A program made the position numbers and the translations under genes. Below the pieces are notes generated by a model. The model did no database searches. It had not been told where the DNA came from and saw nothing but the letters and a program-made list of their open reading frames with translations. A DNA stretch of 18,357 nucleotides from Candidatus Thorarchaeota archaeon. GTDB taxonomy: Archaea > Asgardarchaeota > Thorarchaeia > Thorarchaeales > Thorarchaeaceae. The stretch covers positions 1 through 18,357 of the forward strand of contig JBHLRP010000060.1 in assembly GCA_048882485.1 (NCBI GenBank), given 5' to 3'. This document shows, piece by piece, positions 16,131-18,357 of the stretch; positions within the stretch are counted from its first letter, which is position 1, and the number at the start of each line of letters is the position of its first letter.

Positions 16131-16685
16131 TCAGATAGAAAGGATTTGCCATGACTCAACATCGGATTCTTGATTTGATGCCTCCGCCCACCATTTCACT
16201 GGCTGTTGATCATCGACCCATGTGATAGGTTCAACTGGGGGGTGCAATCTAAGAGCCAGCCATCCACTCAATAAAAGAATTGGCAACGGTTTTGCCAATG
16301 GCCAAAACATGAAAACCATCGGCGTTAGGACGAGCGCAATCAGATAGGGCAGGTAGAAGAGAAGAGAGAACCAAAGCTCCATTGTAACACCATTCCTCAG
16401 TGCTCGATGTGCTGTGGTCTTTCCTTCATATGCCCTCCATATCATGTATACAAATCCTATCCGCATGAAAGAGAAAGGCAACGTGGCAAGAATCATTATT
16501 GGATCAAGACTGAAGAAGATGCCATTTGTTTCGAAGTTCACAATCCATGACATTGACATTACGTTGGCATACCAATATCCCATGTCAAAGAAATGGACCA
16601 CCATTCCCAAAGGAGCAAGCAACATGACTAGGACTAATGCCAAAAGAATCGACATCTGATTGCTTTGCTTAGATGCGTTTGACAT
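16131..16685 (-). CDS. Hypothetical integral membrane protein (about 4 TM)
   Basis: Several long hydrophobic segments; no recognised motif. Confidence 0.7.
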   Translation of the reverse strand: MSNASKQSNQMSILLALVLVMLLAPLGMVVHFFDMGYWYANVMSMSWIVNFETNGIFFSLDPIMILATLPFSFMRIGFVYMIWRAYEGKTTAHRALRNGVTMELWFSLLFYLPYLIALVLTPMVFMFWPLAKPLPILLLSGWLALRLHPPVEPITWVDDQQPVKWWAEASNQESDVESWQILSI

Positions 16686-16820
16686 TTGAACTGCCCCTTT
16701 GGCTCAATCAAGTAGTATTGCAGGATGGCTTTAGCATATTCCTCAAAGCTCAGTTCTTCATTTTGCATATCAATCAGCCCGAAATGTGATTCGGGAACGG
16801 AGTAGCGTCTAGTGACATTG

Positions 16821-16896
16821 TTTAAATACGAAGAAGAGTACGACTCCGTATACAGCCCTACAACTTAGGTAGTAGGGATGCATAATCATTCAGGAG
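16821..16896 (+). promoter_or_regulatory. TATA box, leader hairpin and SD for the 16907 gene
   Basis: TTTAAATA at 16821-16828; CCCTAC/GTAGGG stem at 16856-16877; CAGGAG at 16891-16896. Confidence 0.5.
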
Positions 16897-16906
16897 AATC
16901 AATTCT

Positions 16907-17467
16907 ATGGGCAAGATTACTGACCCCATTGCGAAGCGGATTCGGAAGAAAGCTGCCAAGGACATCAAAGGTGGGTTCTTCGGACTGATAACCCACTACA
17001 TTCCGGGGTGGCATGGCTACCAGGAAAAGGAAGAACGCCGCGCCGCGGACAAAGTCCTACGCGAGTTCATGGCCGACCAGCTTCGACTCGTCAAGCAGGA
17101 TCTTGAGAAGCTCCAGACTATGGTCGTAGACTATAATCTAGAGAACACGTGGGAGACCTTCGACCGCATGCTGGCTCTCACGGACAAGGTTGAGTCATCC
17201 ATCCGCTATGCTGATTATGGCTATGCCGCTTGGGGCTCCAAAGAAAAGATCAACGAGAAGGAGCTCGACATGGTGTACGAGTTCGATGCCACTATCATAA
17301 ATGACATTGGTGACATCAATGACGTCGTTGAGGAGTTCACTGGAGATATGAACCAAGGCAAGTTCGATGATGCATGGCCTTACACTCACAGAATGTATAC
17401 CATCATGCAGCGCCTCGAAGAGAAGTGGAAGCAGCGTGAGGGATACATGAAAGGCTATCAAGACTAA
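16907..17467 (+). CDS. Conserved hypothetical helical protein
   Basis: IPGWHGYQEKEERRAADKVLRE...ADYGYA...LD.VYEFD motifs recalled from uncharacterised archaeal/bacterial proteins; good SD and its own terminator. Confidence 0.8.
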   Translation: MGKITDPIAKRIRKKAAKDIKGGFFGLITHYIPGWHGYQEKEERRAADKVLREFMADQLRLVKQDLEKLQTMVVDYNLENTWETFDRMLALTDKVESSIRYADYGYAAWGSKEKINEKELDMVYEFDATIINDIGDINDVVEEFTGDMNQGKFDDAWPYTHRMYTIMQRLEEKWKQREGYMKGYQD

Positions 17468-17479
17468 TCTAATAACACC

Positions 17480-17515
17480 ATTCCGGGGCTTTTGCTCCGG
17501 AATTCACCTTCTTTT
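17480..17515 (+). terminator. Hairpin plus pyrimidine-tract terminator
   Basis: ATTCCGGGGC-tttt-GCTCCGGAAT (one G-U pair) followed by TCACCTTCTTTT. Confidence 0.7.
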
Positions 17516-17729
17516 GCAAAATCTAATTCATTATACCTGATAGTGTAGTTTTTGGGCTATTGGCATTCTAACAGAAGTATTGATCATGTCAGTCATATTT
17601 GTCTTATCAAGAATGAGAAATGCGGACCTTGTAGTTGCACTACCTTTCTTGATAGTAGATGTTGTTGGCTTCGACCCAACTCAAAAAACAATCATAAGGC
17701 AACATGTTCTCTTATGATATGAGAGAAGA

Positions 17730-18357
17730 ATGAGGGATACATCGAGAAAGAAGTCATCAGAAGATACAAGAGAAGACATAGAGTCTAGAGACAGAGAGTT
17801 TCTTTCCTTCTTAAGTAAACATCGACCCAAACATGGGTTTGGGAGCCGCAGAGTGTATTTTAATCCTACCAGAGAGAAGCATGCACTCATAAAAGGTTTC
17901 AAAGGGCGGATCGACTCCTCAACCCCTTCTATCATGAATAGTACGGATGGGGGAGTAGCACCGCTTGGGGAACTGGCAGGTGAAGGTGTCGAGTGTCTCA
18001 GTGTTCAGCAATGCAATGATTTAGACTTCATCGACCTCAGTTCACTGGATGGCTGCCCGACTCTACAGGGCATCAGAATATATAGGAATTATGGGAACAT
18101 CAAACACTTTGTGCTTCCCTCTGACTGCCCCGCCCTTTATGAGATCGATATGGAAGGTAATTATTCTCTCGTACATCCAATAGACCTCAGTGTTCTAGAC
18201 GGGAGTCCATCCCTACGAATCCTTAGATTGCCTGATAATGGCGGCAGGTTCATCTTACCGTCAGAGTGTCCGGGCCTTGAAGTACTGAATCTCAATGGGT
18301 CAACGGTCAAGGACTGGCGACTGGAGGGATGCCCGGAGCTGAAGCTTGTCATGCTCA
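17730..18357 (+). CDS. Partial (runs off the window) leucine-rich repeat protein
   Basis: Open frame from ATG 17730 to the window end: ...IDLSSLDGCPTLQGIRIYRN...LPSDCPALYEIDMEGN...IDLSVLDGSPSLRILRLPDN...LPSECPGLEVLNLNGS...LEGCPELKLVML. Confidence 0.85.
   Translation, partial: MRDTSRKKSSEDTREDIESRDREFLSFLSKHRPKHGFGSRRVYFNPTREKHALIKGFKGRIDSSTPSIMNSTDGGVAPLGELAGEGVECLSVQQCNDLDFIDLSSLDGCPTLQGIRIYRNYGNIKHFVLPSDCPALYEIDMEGNYSLVHPIDLSVLDGSPSLRILRLPDNGGRFILPSECPGLEVLNLNGSTVKDWRLEGCPELKLVML

Noticed and set aside
1165-18352. Many 60-156 aa alternative-frame or antisense ORFs in the track (e.g. 1807-2277, 4247-4645, 12463-12858, 14359-14703, 17681-17935, 18161-18352)
   Set aside because: They overlap well-supported genes and have no recognisable motifs; shadow ORFs
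1-18357. CRISPR arrays, tRNA/rRNA, IS elements, integrases, defence systems
   Set aside because: No spaced direct repeats, cloverleaf or rRNA-like segments, or transposase/integrase/nuclease motifs seen

Overview
An archaeal chromosomal segment, probably Asgard/Thorarchaeia-like. This is inferred from the archaeal-type SAM synthetase, TATA boxes with GGAG/GGTGA Shine-Dalgarno sites, a C-terminally anchored solute-binding protein and the style of the LRR protein. In order it carries: a 3'-truncated all-helical ORF missed by the ORF track that resembles the eukaryotic C1orf109/AIRIM family; an HTH-CBS regulator divergent from SAM synthetase (mat), with a perfect inverted repeat between them; tldD-tldE(pmbA); pirin; pduO coupled to an SPL/Rv2578c-like radical SAM protein with a PolX-N-terminal-like C-terminal domain; a C_GCAxxG_C_C protein; a NikR-family regulator with a ZnuABC-type transporter around a NikR-geometry operator; a membrane-tethered DUF4332-type HhH protein; an extended SDR divergent from a MarR regulator with palindromic operators; SnoaL-like, creatininase-family, membrane and conserved hypothetical proteins; and a 3'-truncated LRR protein, also missed by the ORF track. 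No rRNA, tRNA, CRISPR array or mobile element was seen. All family calls come from motif recognition by eye; no database searches were run.
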